From positions 1 to 40,255 of the IMG/VR virus record IMGVR_UViG_3300012990_000006: a stretch of DNA of 40,255 nucleotides; one strand, 5' to 3'. Shown piece after piece: positions 8,261 to 16,126 of the stretch (its first letter is position 1; each line of letters starts with the position of its first letter). The translations under genes were made by a program, and so were the position numbers. This DNA is from a virus (lineage: Duplodnaviria; Caudoviricetes). The notes beneath the pieces are model-generated. The model was not told where the DNA came from and did no database searches. It was given only the letters and a program-made list of their open reading frames with translations.

Positions 8261-9306
8261 TTCTTCTCCCTGTTGTCGTTCGCGGGCTTTGGCGTGTTGT
8301 CGTTGGCGGCGTTCATGCTCACTCCATGAATTCGTTCACCGATCCAGCGCATGACAGGAACGGCCATAGAATTGCCCAGCGCCTTGTAGCGCGGGCCGTC
8401 TGGCGATTCCGCAGACTTGCGCCACGGGATGTTTGTGTAGTTGTCGGGAAACCCTTGCAGGCGCTCGCATTCAACCGGAGTCAGGCGGCGAACTGCCATT
8501 GATTGCGCGACGGCTTGTGGTTGACCACGACCGTCCATGCAATATGCAGAACCGTCTAAAAGGTATTCTTTTCCTTGCGGCCCAGCTTCAGGCGATCGCC
8601 CGATGCAATGCGGGTGGATGCTGATCGGCTGCGCCAGATACATGCAGACCAGGCTCTCGACGCTGTCTACGTCTCTTCCAGGCCCGTTTGCGCCACCGCC
8701 GTTAGCGCATCCAGCAACGGCACCGGCAGCCGCTTCCCCCGCTTCTCTGCTCGGCGCAGTATCCCGGCGCAGGCTTTGGCGCTCAAAAAGAACCGCTGCG
8801 GCAGGTCGCCAGTCTCCAAGGTATCCGATAACGAAAACACGACGGCGTCGCTGGGCCACTCCGAAGAACTGAGCGTCAAGCACTCTGTAGGCGAACCCAT
8901 ACCCGAGTTGAGCCAGCGCCCCAAGGAAGGAACCAAAGTCCCGTCCTCCGTTGCTTGACAGGACGCCTGGGACATTTTCCCAGACGAACCATCGCGGTCG
9001 AAATTGGTCAAGAATTCCACAATAGACGAGGGCCAGGTTACCGCGAGGGTCTGCCATTCCTTTCCGCAGTCCTGCGACCGAGAAACTTTGGCAGGGGGTT
9101 CCTCCCACGAGAAGGTCAACTGGGTCATTTAATCTCCAATCCTGATATTTGGTCATGTCTCCCACATTGGGAATTGCGGGATAGTGATTGGCCAGTACTG
9201 CCGACGGGAATGCTTCGATCTCCGAGAACGCCAGTGGCTTCCAGCCCATGTGATGCCAGGCAACTGTCGCGGCCTCTATGCCGCTGCAAACTGAAATGTA
9301 GTTCAC
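8257..9306 (-). CDS. C5-cytosine DNA methyltransferase
   Basis: Motif I SVCSGIEA, IV GGTPCQSFS, VI WENVPG, VIII QRRRRVF, IX RRLTPVECERLQGFPD, X YKALGNSMAV. Confidence 0.95.
   Translation of the reverse strand: MNYISVCSGIEAATVAWHHMGWKPLAFSEIEAFPSAVLANHYPAIPNVGDMTKYQDWRLNDPVDLLVGGTPCQSFSVAGLRKGMADPRGNLALVYCGILDQFRPRWFVWENVPGVLSSNGGRDFGSFLGALAQLGYGFAYRVLDAQFFGVAQRRRRVFVIGYLGDWRPAAAVLFERQSLRRDTAPSREAGEAAAGAVAGCANGGGANGPGRDVDSVESLVCMYLAQPISIHPHCIGRSPEAGPQGKEYLLDGSAYCMDGRGQPQAVAQSMAVRRLTPVECERLQGFPDNYTNIPWRKSAESPDGPRYKALGNSMAVPVMRWIGERIHGVSMNAANDNTPKPANDNREKK
8667..9128 (-). CDS. Nested alternative-frame polypeptide within the MTase gene (possible beta-type subunit)
   Basis: 153-aa ORF in the +1 frame, GGAGA-TTAA-ATG start context, globular-looking composition, C-terminal SLSDTLETGDLPQRFFLSAKACAGILRRAEKRGK. 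Confidence 0.65.
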   Translation of the reverse strand: MTQLTFSWEEPPAKVSRSQDCGKEWQTLAVTWPSSIVEFLTNFDRDGSSGKMSQASCQATEDGTLVPSLGRWLNSGMGSPTECLTLSSSEWPSDAVVFSLSDTLETGDLPQRFFLSAKACAGILRRAEKRGKRLPVPLLDALTAVAQTGLEET

Positions 9307-9319
9307 TTCTTCACCCCCC

Positions 9320-9350
9320 AGAAAAACAACCAGCCCCCGAAGGGGCCGGT
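9320..9350 (-). terminator. Intrinsic terminator after the SSB gene
   Basis: - strand CCGGCCCC-TTCG-GGGGCTGG followed by TTGTTTTT. Confidence 0.75.
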
Positions 9351-9363
9351 GTAACGCTAGACG

Positions 9364-9912
9364 TTACAGATCGTTGAGATCTGCGGCGGCGTTTGCATCC
9401 GCCTCGAATTCATCTTCAGCGCGCATGCGGCCATCAAGACGATCGCCATCTGCGAGTTTCTGGACATTGTTCAGAGCGAACGCGACACCCTTGTTGCCTG
9501 CGGTGTCGTAGGCGTATGCACGCACGGATGCGCGCACATAGCAGCCGGCATAGACCTGACCGGGGTCAGTGATCTTTGCAGGCTTTCCGTCCTCGTCTGG
9601 GAAGATCGAGACGATGCCGGGAGCGGCCTTGCTCTTGATGCTGATGAAGACAGAACCCTCGGGGTATCCCTTGGCTTCTGCATCGGTACGGAACGGCGGA
9701 CGAAAATCGCGCGACTTCTTCAGCGCATCGAACTTCGCGCCGAACTTCTCGCGGCCGACTTCATCGGCCAGCTTCTCCAGCGCCGTCAGATCGGTGCCGT
9801 CCTCGAACACGACTGTGCATGAGTAGACGGGCTCCTTGCCGTTGGGTGGGAGTTGAGGTTCAAACAGGTGGGGATAGGACAGACGCCCCTTGGGTGTAAT
9901 AACAGCGGCCAT
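9364..9912 (-). CDS. ssDNA-binding protein (DUF2815, T7 gp2.5-like)
   Basis: RLSYPHLFEP, VYAGCYVRASV, GNKGVAFALNNVQKLADGDRL, acidic C-terminal tail. Confidence 0.9.
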   Translation of the reverse strand: MAAVITPKGRLSYPHLFEPQLPPNGKEPVYSCTVVFEDGTDLTALEKLADEVGREKFGAKFDALKKSRDFRPPFRTDAEAKGYPEGSVFISIKSKAAPGIVSIFPDEDGKPAKITDPGQVYAGCYVRASVRAYAYDTAGNKGVAFALNNVQKLADGDRLDGRMRAEDEFEADANAAADLNDL

Positions 9913-9935
9913 GACTGGCTCCTTTCTTTACGGTT

Positions 9936-11111
9936 TCACTCGATCACGGGAACAGCCGCGAACTCCTGTGCAGCGTTTTTGACCGCTGCGGGTCGTTTGT
10001 CGTCTTCTCTTGCAAGTGTTACTCCACTCGATACAGAAGCGACAAATTCTGCCGGCATATTTTTCTTGCCGATTACTTTCTCAAATTGTGCCGGAGACTT
10101 GATCTTTTTGTCAAAGATCTCGTCTTCGTGCAAACCCTTACTTTTGGCCCACTCGACGACTTCATCCCGGTTGGTCCAGACGCGAGAGGCGCGCTTGTTC
10201 ACCAGCTTGAAGCCGGGCACATACCGGCCGGCCTCGAGTTCGCCAAGCACATGGGCGCGAAGGGATCGGATCCAGTCTTCGACCTGGTCGGCATGGCTCA
10301 ACAGGTGAGCCACCGTCTCGATCGGCATTGCCCGTGGGTCGATCATGTCTGGCATGGCTTCGCCAAACTCGATGCGCGCCAGTTCGAATGCCTGATCCCT
10401 GCGAGCGGGGCAGACGGCCGCCGCCTTGCAGAAGCGGCAATGTCCACCCGGCACCAGGGGAGCATTGGGCTGCAGCGTCTTCTCGACCGCCTCGATCAGT
10501 TCGGATGCGAAGTCGAGAAGATCGCCAGCGCCGAATGACTCTTCGCGGATCGGGCCGTCTGGGTGATTGGCGCGCGGCTGAATGATGCCGGCCACGATCT
10601 TCTCGCAGGGCTCGTCCTTCTCCAGGGACAGCAGAGCGCCGAGTGCGTAGTACCGAAGCTGCTTGTTGCCGATCGCATCGACCGGGACGCCAGCGCCGTG
10701 CTTGTAGTCGTAGACAAAGAGCGTCTTCTCGGAGCGGCGATAGATCAGGCAGTCGCAGGTGCCGAACATTGGCCGGGGCGGGGCGAGGCGCTCGAGCGTG
10801 ACACGCTGCTCGAGACGCAGATCGTCGCCTGGCCGCATGAGGCGCTTGACGTGATCGACATAGACCTGGACGGCCTCGGCCATCTCTTCGGTGACTTCCC
10901 AGCCCTCGATCTCCATGCCCACCCAGAACTCGGCGTCTCGTTCCTTCTTGAGCGCCAACTCTGCAAGCGCATGTGCCGTGGTGCCCTCGATCGCGTACTC
11001 CGAAGTCTTCTCGGGTATTCCTCGAGACAGGGACACGGAACCGGGGCACGCCGTCCAGCGGTATGCAGAAGACGCACCATGTTCAGAGTGCAGTTTGATG
11101 AGTTCAGTCAT
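9936..11111 (-). CDS. DUF2800 family PD-(D/E)XK (Cas4-like) nuclease
   Basis: H...GASSAYRWTACPGS, EGTTAH, FGTCD, DYKHG.G, QLRYYALG, HCRFCKA...CP. Confidence 0.9.
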   Translation of the reverse strand: MTELIKLHSEHGASSAYRWTACPGSVSLSRGIPEKTSEYAIEGTTAHALAELALKKERDAEFWVGMEIEGWEVTEEMAEAVQVYVDHVKRLMRPGDDLRLEQRVTLERLAPPRPMFGTCDCLIYRRSEKTLFVYDYKHGAGVPVDAIGNKQLRYYALGALLSLEKDEPCEKIVAGIIQPRANHPDGPIREESFGAGDLLDFASELIEAVEKTLQPNAPLVPGGHCRFCKAAAVCPARRDQAFELARIEFGEAMPDMIDPRAMPIETVAHLLSHADQVEDWIRSLRAHVLGELEAGRYVPGFKLVNKRASRVWTNRDEVVEWAKSKGLHEDEIFDKKIKSPAQFEKVIGKKNMPAEFVASVSSGVTLAREDDKRPAAVKNAAQEFAAVPVIE

Positions 11112-11355
11112 TGATGGCCTCTGTGAGTTTGGTCTGAACGTCAAGCAGCTTCATCGAGACGCCCTCGAGCAGCAAAAGCAGCGCGTCTATGCTTGTGCGT
11201 TCTTGCGCATCGACTGCGACATCGACGATGGCGTGAATGATCTTCAGGTCGTGGATTGCGTCGTCCACAATCATCATCTTCGGGAAATTGATCAGGACTG
11301 GACATTCATCGTCGGCGTCATCCAGCATCCGCCAGGCTTCGCGCTCCACGATCAT
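11104..11355 (-). CDS. Hypothetical protein
   Basis: 83 aa; overlaps both neighbours in the operon. Confidence 0.55.
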   Translation of the reverse strand: MIVEREAWRMLDDADDECPVLINFPKMMIVDDAIHDLKIIHAIVDVAVDAQERTSIDALLLLLEGVSMKLLDVQTKLTEAIND

Positions 11356-11780
11356 TCCCCGGCCGCGGCAAGAATCGCGGCAGCGTTGTCGTCCTTGATC
11401 TCGTTAGTGCGCTTCAGACCAAAGCGCGCGAGCAGTTCACGGCCCTTCTCGACGCCGTGCTTTGCGGCGTAGTCCTTGACGGCCTGGGCTGCGTCGGCGG
11501 GTGTGGCGCTGGGCGCTTCAACTGTGACCTTGGGTGTAACGCTAGGCGTTACAGATGTAACTTCAGGCGCTTTGGCCGCCTTCGGTTGGGCCTTGGCGGC
11601 GGCCAGCACTTCCTCGTTCTTGGTGATGCCCACTTGAAACGAGCCGCCTGCGGCCGGCACAATGAGCGTGACGATGCCGCGCTTGAGCGCGTAGTTGATG
11701 ACGCTGTCTGCTTCTTCAAAGGTGTCGCATTCTGCGCGCAACTGTCCCCCGTTGAATCCAAATCCAAATGTGATTTTCAT
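11352..11780 (-). CDS. Hypothetical protein typical of the DUF2800-DUF2815-PolA module
   Basis: Ala/Pro linker plus C-terminal helical segment (G.EKGRELLARFG.KR..EI). Confidence 0.65.
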   Translation of the reverse strand: MKITFGFGFNGGQLRAECDTFEEADSVINYALKRGIVTLIVPAAGGSFQVGITKNEEVLAAAKAQPKAAKAPEVTSVTPSVTPKVTVEAPSATPADAAQAVKDYAAKHGVEKGRELLARFGLKRTNEIKDDNAAAILAAAGE

Positions 11781-13066
11781 ACCCTGTTCTCCTGTTCGAT
11801 TACTTCTGAAATAAGCCGGCTCTTCCGCGCCAGCACTGCGGTGACGGCCTCGTCAATGCTTCCTGCAAGGCCAATCATTCGGACAATCACTGGCCGTGTC
11901 TGGCCAATGCGGTGCGCACGCTTTGCAGCCTGCACATTGTCTGATGGGGTCCACGATGCCTCGGCAAAGACGACATGGTGGGCGGCGTGAAGGGTCACGG
12001 CCGTTGCGCATGCCTGGATCTGGCCAATAAAGACGCGACACTTTGGGTCTGTCTGAAAGCGATCGATGGCCGATGCGCGCGAGATCTGGGGCGTTGAGCC
12101 CGTGATGACGGCGCAGCCATAGTCGTGCAATTCGTCGTGCAGCCGGGAGATCACGCCGCGGTGGTGCGCGAAGATGATGACCTTCTCATACTGCTTCTGC
12201 TCGAGTTCATCGACGATCATCGATGCGATGGCCGGTGCCTTCGCCATGCCCGTCAGGCGGCGCAGCGTGGCCATTGCGACTGTGTCGGGGAGTTCGGTCT
12301 CTGCGTCTGCTTCCTTCATCAGATCCCTGATGACGGCCATCTCTTCCGAGTTCTCGAGCGCCTCGAGTTCCTTTGCGGCCTCGGTCGGCTCGAGTACCGT
12401 GTCCTCCCACATGATCGGCGGGAGATCCTTCAGGACATCCTCGGCCCGTCGGCGCAGCATGACGCTCGACAGGCGCTTCTTGAGTTCGGGCACATTCTTG
12501 TTGCCGACCACCTTGAGCCCGTAGGGCGTGGCCAGGACGTTGCAGTACCGCTTGATGAAGGCGTCGTAGTTGCCGGGATCGGGCAGCAGTTCCGGCCACA
12601 GGGCGCGAAGGTGGGTGAAGATCTCGGAGACATCATTCGGTGCTGGCGTGCCGGTGAGCAGCCAGACGCGCTTGGCACACTCGATCAGGCCATCGCCGCG
12701 GCAGAATTGGCCATAGATCGCCTTGGTGCGCTTTGATGTCCTCTCCTTGAGGTAGTGCGCCTCGTCGAGGATCATCACATCGGGCTGCATCGCGCGTATG
12801 GTGCTGCGGATGTCTTCGCGCAGCCGAACGCGGTCATACGAGATGACGTATGTCGTGATGCCTGACGCATCCCACTTCGGAAATTCTCGGACCCACATCG
12901 GCACGGCGATCGCAGGGCAGATGATGACAACCCGCTTGGCTTCGACAGCCTGGCACGCGATCACGGCTTGCGCCGATTTTCCCAGGCCCATTGCATCGGC
13001 CAGAAGCGCCTTGTTGCGTTGGGCGAGGAACAGAGCGCCATCGGCCTGGAAGGGGAACAGGTTCAC
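11777..13066 (-). CDS. SNF2-family helicase
   Basis: GTG start overlapping the upstream TGA; LFPFQ, LADAMGLGKS, ILDEAH, LTGTP, QAAKRAHRIGQ. Confidence 0.92.
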   Translation of the reverse strand: MNLFPFQADGALFLAQRNKALLADAMGLGKSAQAVIACQAVEAKRVVIICPAIAVPMWVREFPKWDASGITTYVISYDRVRLREDIRSTIRAMQPDVMILDEAHYLKERTSKRTKAIYGQFCRGDGLIECAKRVWLLTGTPAPNDVSEIFTHLRALWPELLPDPGNYDAFIKRYCNVLATPYGLKVVGNKNVPELKKRLSSVMLRRRAEDVLKDLPPIMWEDTVLEPTEAAKELEALENSEEMAVIRDLMKEADAETELPDTVAMATLRRLTGMAKAPAIASMIVDELEQKQYEKVIIFAHHRGVISRLHDELHDYGCAVITGSTPQISRASAIDRFQTDPKCRVFIGQIQACATAVTLHAAHHVVFAEASWTPSDNVQAAKRAHRIGQTRPVIVRMIGLAGSIDEAVTAVLARKSRLISEVIEQENRV

Positions 13067-13515
13067 AGTGCGCACTCCCAGCGGTATTTCGGTTCTGCGA
13101 CTACCGCTTGCTCTATTCGGCCGGGGCGCGTGGCCCATCCGTCTGCTTTTCTTTTCTTGAGTGCTGCCGCCAACTCCCAACCAGCGCCGCGCAAAGACGC
13201 CCCGCTTTCAGATTGCAGCGTGTATGTCAGGATTTTCTTGCCACCCATCGCCGACCACACGCGGCGCGCGGCCCCGTAAAGAAACGAACATGCGTTTCGA
13301 GGGGCGTCATCCTTGACGCACAAACGGGCAACTTCCGCCGTCAGACCATCATCAAGCGCTCTAGCCAGCGGCCGAGTGACAATGACAACCCCGACAACCT
13401 CATCGCCCTCAACGGCTGCTAAAGAAAAGCGTGCCATTACTACAGCCTTGTTGTGCCGGTGATGCGCCGTCACAAAAGCGTTAGCCTCTTTCAAGGTGAA
13501 GGGGCGCACGATCAC
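13063..13515 (-). CDS. XF1762-like protein (GNAT/Mom-like fold, possible DNA modification)
   Basis: EANAFV..HHRH, VGV.IV.RP.AR.LDDG.TAEV.RLC, NACSFLYGAA.R, TYTL.SESGASLRGAGW, K.RW; GTGA overlaps on both sides. Confidence 0.7.
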   Translation of the reverse strand: MIVRPFTLKEANAFVTAHHRHNKAVVMARFSLAAVEGDEVVGVVIVTRPLARALDDGLTAEVARLCVKDDAPRNACSFLYGAARRVWSAMGGKKILTYTLQSESGASLRGAGWELAAALKKRKADGWATRPGRIEQAVVAEPKYRWECAL

Positions 13516-13982
13516 AGCCCGGCCCCATAGGTTGCGATCAATGTTGCGTCGGCCCGGCCGTCGTCTTTGACGCGGGCGAACAGGTTGGCGTGGATCGGGT
13601 AGAGTTCGATCGCGCGGTTGCGGGCTCCGTCCTTGCCGCCCTTGACGCGCATGGCCTTTGTCCACTCGGCCGGGGGCACAAGGGTCTGGGGCACGCCCAG
13701 GCCGGCCAGAGAGCCTTCTATGACCCCCATAGCCCTGCCAAATGCGAACATGGATGCCACGCCCTGACCCGGCATGGAGTGGACGGCCTCGACAAAGGCA
13801 GCGTCTGGGTTGGCCTGCTTCAGGAGATCGACGAGAAGGGCGGCATTGACTTGGCGCACCTGCCGCGTGCCACGCTTTATCGTGACCGTCGGCATGTCGT
13901 AGATCTCGAGCATCCCCGTCTTGGTACAGAGAAGACAAAGGGCGCCCGATGCGCCCACGTCGATGCCAAGAATCCGGCTCAT
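13512..13982 (-). CDS. RuvC-like Holliday junction resolvase
   Basis: ILGIDVG..GA, FVEAV, QGVASMFAFG, P..W.K, DGRADA.LIA. Confidence 0.85.
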   Translation of the reverse strand: MSRILGIDVGASGALCLLCTKTGMLEIYDMPTVTIKRGTRQVRQVNAALLVDLLKQANPDAAFVEAVHSMPGQGVASMFAFGRAMGVIEGSLAGLGVPQTLVPPAEWTKAMRVKGGKDGARNRAIELYPIHANLFARVKDDGRADATLIATYGAGL

Positions 13983-14173
13983 CTCTGAGTCTTCATCAGT
14001 TCGAGAGCGGCCTCGAGTTTGATCAGGCTGGAGAGCCTTGGCTCGACCCGGCCACCCTTCCATCGTGATACCAGAGACGGATCGATGCCGGCCGCCTTGC
14101 AGACCTCCGCAACGGAGAAGCCGGCCTTCGAGATGTCGTCCAGTAGCCCTACCAGTAGTGTTTGTGCATTCAT
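13979..14173 (-). CDS. Cro/XRE-like HTH regulator
   Basis: SVAEVCKAAGIDPSLVSRWKGG..EP; first gene of the replication operon. Confidence 0.8.
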   Translation of the reverse strand: MNAQTLLVGLLDDISKAGFSVAEVCKAAGIDPSLVSRWKGGRVEPRLSSLIKLEAALELMKTQR

Positions 14174-14338
14174 AGTGGACTTATTTTACTAAGCCCTTGT
14201 ACTTTATGCCAATTCCCGCTTGATCCCCCTATTCGGTGTAGGGGAATTGCCGGGATGTTTCAGGAATGGCGGTGCGGGTGATCCGGCGGGTATTCAGGAG
14301 TCGTAGGCCGAATCTACAGAGTGCGGGGGTGAAAAATA

Positions 14339-14521
14339 ATGAACCACGAATACCTGACGCCTTACCTGCTTCACAAGCGCTGGGGCGGCGCAATTTCCCC
14401 GAAGACGCTGGCCAACTGGAGGGCGAAACAAACCGGCCCCCGATGGTCCAAGATCGGAGGCCGTGTAGTGTACGCGATGCAGGACGTAGTGGATTATGAG
14501 AGGCGATCCAATACGGCTTGA
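14339..14521 (+). CDS. xis: Excisionase-like winged HTH
   Basis: YLTP..L..RW...ISPKTLANWR....GP.W.KIGGRVVY...DV; adjacent to the integrase. Confidence 0.8.
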   Translation: MNHEYLTPYLLHKRWGGAISPKTLANWRAKQTGPRWSKIGGRVVYAMQDVVDYERRSNTA

Positions 14522-15651
14522 GCCGTAGTGTTGAGAATTGGCCGTCTGGCGTCTTCCATCAAAAATGAGTAGCGTTCTGCAGTAATGTTGGGGTTTGAGT
14601 GACGCAATAGGCTTCCAATCACTTCAAGACTTACGCCTTGAGCCAGCGCGATGCTCGCGAAGGATTTTCTCAAGTCGTGAACGCGAAGATTCTCTAGCTT
14701 CGCAACGTGGCACAACTCTCGCCACATCTTGCCATAGGCAACCAAAGGATACCCGACGCGCGCACCCGCGATGAGCCAAGGATTGCCCGGCGCGCGTCGA
14801 TATAGTTCTCCAAGCAATTGCATGGCCGCATCGGGCAGCGCCTTCTCGTCCTCGCCCGTCTTCGTGTCTGGCCAGTTGATGCGCCTGTTCTCCCAGTCCA
14901 CCCAGTCCCAGCGCGCCTTGATGATCTCCGAGACGCGACAGCCGGTGAGCAGCAGGATCGTGACCAAGGCCGAGAATCGCCAGCGCATGTCGGACTGATC
15001 GCCATACTCGCGCAGGGCCGCACCCAGCCGGCGAGCCTCTGTCTCCGTCAGATAGCGTCTGCGCTTGCGCTCCTTGTAGTCTCGCATCTTGCGGCCGCGG
15101 GCCGGGTTGTCCGTGCGCCAGCTTTTCTCGACGGCGATGTCGATGGCGATGGCCAGCATCTCGCGCACCCGGTTGTAGGTGATCGGGCGCTCCCTGTACT
15201 CGATGCGCATCTCGCGGATGTCGGCCGCGTTTACTTCATCAACCCGGCGATCGCCGAATCGAGGCAGGATGTGGTTTTTCCAGTAGCCCTTGTAGTTGGA
15301 CACGGTGCCCGGCTTGCACAGACGATAGTGGAGCCGCTCGAACTCGGCGCAGAGCGCTGCGAAGGTGGGCGTGTTCCTCTGCACCCGTCTGGCCACCGTA
15401 GGGTCTTCTCCACCTCTGGCCTGGCGCAGGAGATCGAGCGCCGCCTGTCTGGCCTCGTCGGGGTGCATCCCGAGGCAGCGGCCGATCGTGTGCGTGCGCT
15501 GCTTGCCTGCCTGGGTGCGGTAGCGCAAGACCCAGGACTTGACGCCGGAGGGCAGCACGATCATGCCAAAACCCGGCACGCTCTCGTCCCAGATCCAGTA
15601 CCGCTCGGCCCTTGTCTCGGCGGCCTTGATGGTGGCCTTGGTGATTCTCAT
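14494..15651 (-). CDS. int: Tyrosine integrase with N-terminal arm-binding domain
   Basis: WD..VPGFG.....G.KSW..RYR arm domain; catalytic TGCR, KTG, HDLR, H (LRHS), Y (ERYS). Confidence 0.95.
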   Translation of the reverse strand: MRITKATIKAAETRAERYWIWDESVPGFGMIVLPSGVKSWVLRYRTQAGKQRTHTIGRCLGMHPDEARQAALDLLRQARGGEDPTVARRVQRNTPTFAALCAEFERLHYRLCKPGTVSNYKGYWKNHILPRFGDRRVDEVNAADIREMRIEYRERPITYNRVREMLAIAIDIAVEKSWRTDNPARGRKMRDYKERKRRRYLTETEARRLGAALREYGDQSDMRWRFSALVTILLLTGCRVSEIIKARWDWVDWENRRINWPDTKTGEDEKALPDAAMQLLGELYRRAPGNPWLIAGARVGYPLVAYGKMWRELCHVAKLENLRVHDLRKSFASIALAQGVSLEVIGSLLRHSNPNITAERYSFLMEDARRPILNTTAQAVLDRLS

Positions 15652-15798
15652 GCGCGCAGACCCTTTCCTCGCTGTGCGCGCACGGTGCGCGCAAAATGCC
15701 GGGATTCACTGGGTCTCAAGATGATCAGGCGGGTGGCCAGATGTCAATGATTACGGGCACTTAGGGATGGTGCGGGATAGGGCGGGAAGGGTAAAAAA

Positions 15799-15847
15799 CA
15801 GGCTCATAACCTGAAGGTCACAGGTTCAAATCCTGTCCCCGCAACCA
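15799..15847 (+). mobile_element. attP core: 3' half of tRNA-fMet(CAT), not a complete tRNA
   Basis: CAGGCTCATAACCTGAAGGTCACAGGTTCAAATCCTGTCCCCGCAACCA gives anticodon arm, T arm and acceptor strand with CCA. The 5' half is absent. Next to int. Confidence 0.9.
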
Positions 15848-15858
15848 ATATCCCCTTG

Positions 15859-15887
15859 AAAAGCCTCGCATTTTGCGGGGCTTTTTT
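15859..15887 (+). terminator. Intrinsic terminator downstream of the tRNA fragment
   Basis: AAAAGCCTCGCA-TTT-TGCGGGGC-TTTTTT. Confidence 0.8.
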
Positions 15888-15934
15888 GTTGTCTGCGCTC
15901 ACGCCTGCGACATGTGCGCGCAATATGCGCACAG

Positions 15935-15961
15935 AAAAAAGCCCCGGCACTTGGCCGGGGC
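15935..15961 (-). terminator. Intrinsic terminator on the - strand before attP
   Basis: - strand GCCCCGGC-CAAGT-GCCGGGGC-TTTTTT. Confidence 0.75.
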
Positions 15962-16049
15962 AACTGTCGCCAGGAGGGAGCGACCACAGGAGTATTCCGG
16001 GAGCCATAGTAACGCCTGTGTTGTTTTTGCGCAACTCCGGGTAAGACCC

Positions 16050-16089
16050 TAGTCCTGTACGTTGACTTTTAGTCCTATACCCGGAAAAT
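16050..16089 (+). promoter_or_regulatory. Promoter with direct-repeat operator
   Basis: TAGTCCTGTAC (16050) and TAGTCCTATAC (16070) bracket TTGACT (16062); GAAAAT at 16084. Confidence 0.45.
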
Positions 16090-16126
16090 CGGGGTTGTAG
16101 TGATTTTCAACGAACAGGAGATTTCA

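Larger units (their letters stand above)
15651..15933. repeat. Putative integrase arm-type sites (TGCGCGCA) flanking the attP core
   Basis: TGCGCGCA at 15651, 15675, 15686 and 15915; TGCGCACA at 15926; TGCGCTCA at 15894. Pairs with 11-bp spacing occur on both sides. Confidence 0.6.

Noticed and set aside
10162-11049. 295-aa same-strand alternative-frame ORF inside DUF2800
   Set aside because: Arg/Gly/Pro-rich composition typical of shadow frames in GC-rich genes; no evident RBS or motifs.
9936-11111. CRISPR-Cas system suggested by the Cas4-like nuclease
   Set aside because: No repeat-spacer array or other cas genes; DUF2800 is a standard replication-module nuclease here.
13516-13938. 291-aa version of the XF1762-like ORF
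   Set aside because: The upstream part is an out-of-frame read through the resolvase gene; a GTGA-coupled start at 13515 fits better.
15799-15847. Complete tRNA-Met gene
   Set aside because: The acceptor 5' strand and D arm are missing upstream; it is an attP core fragment.
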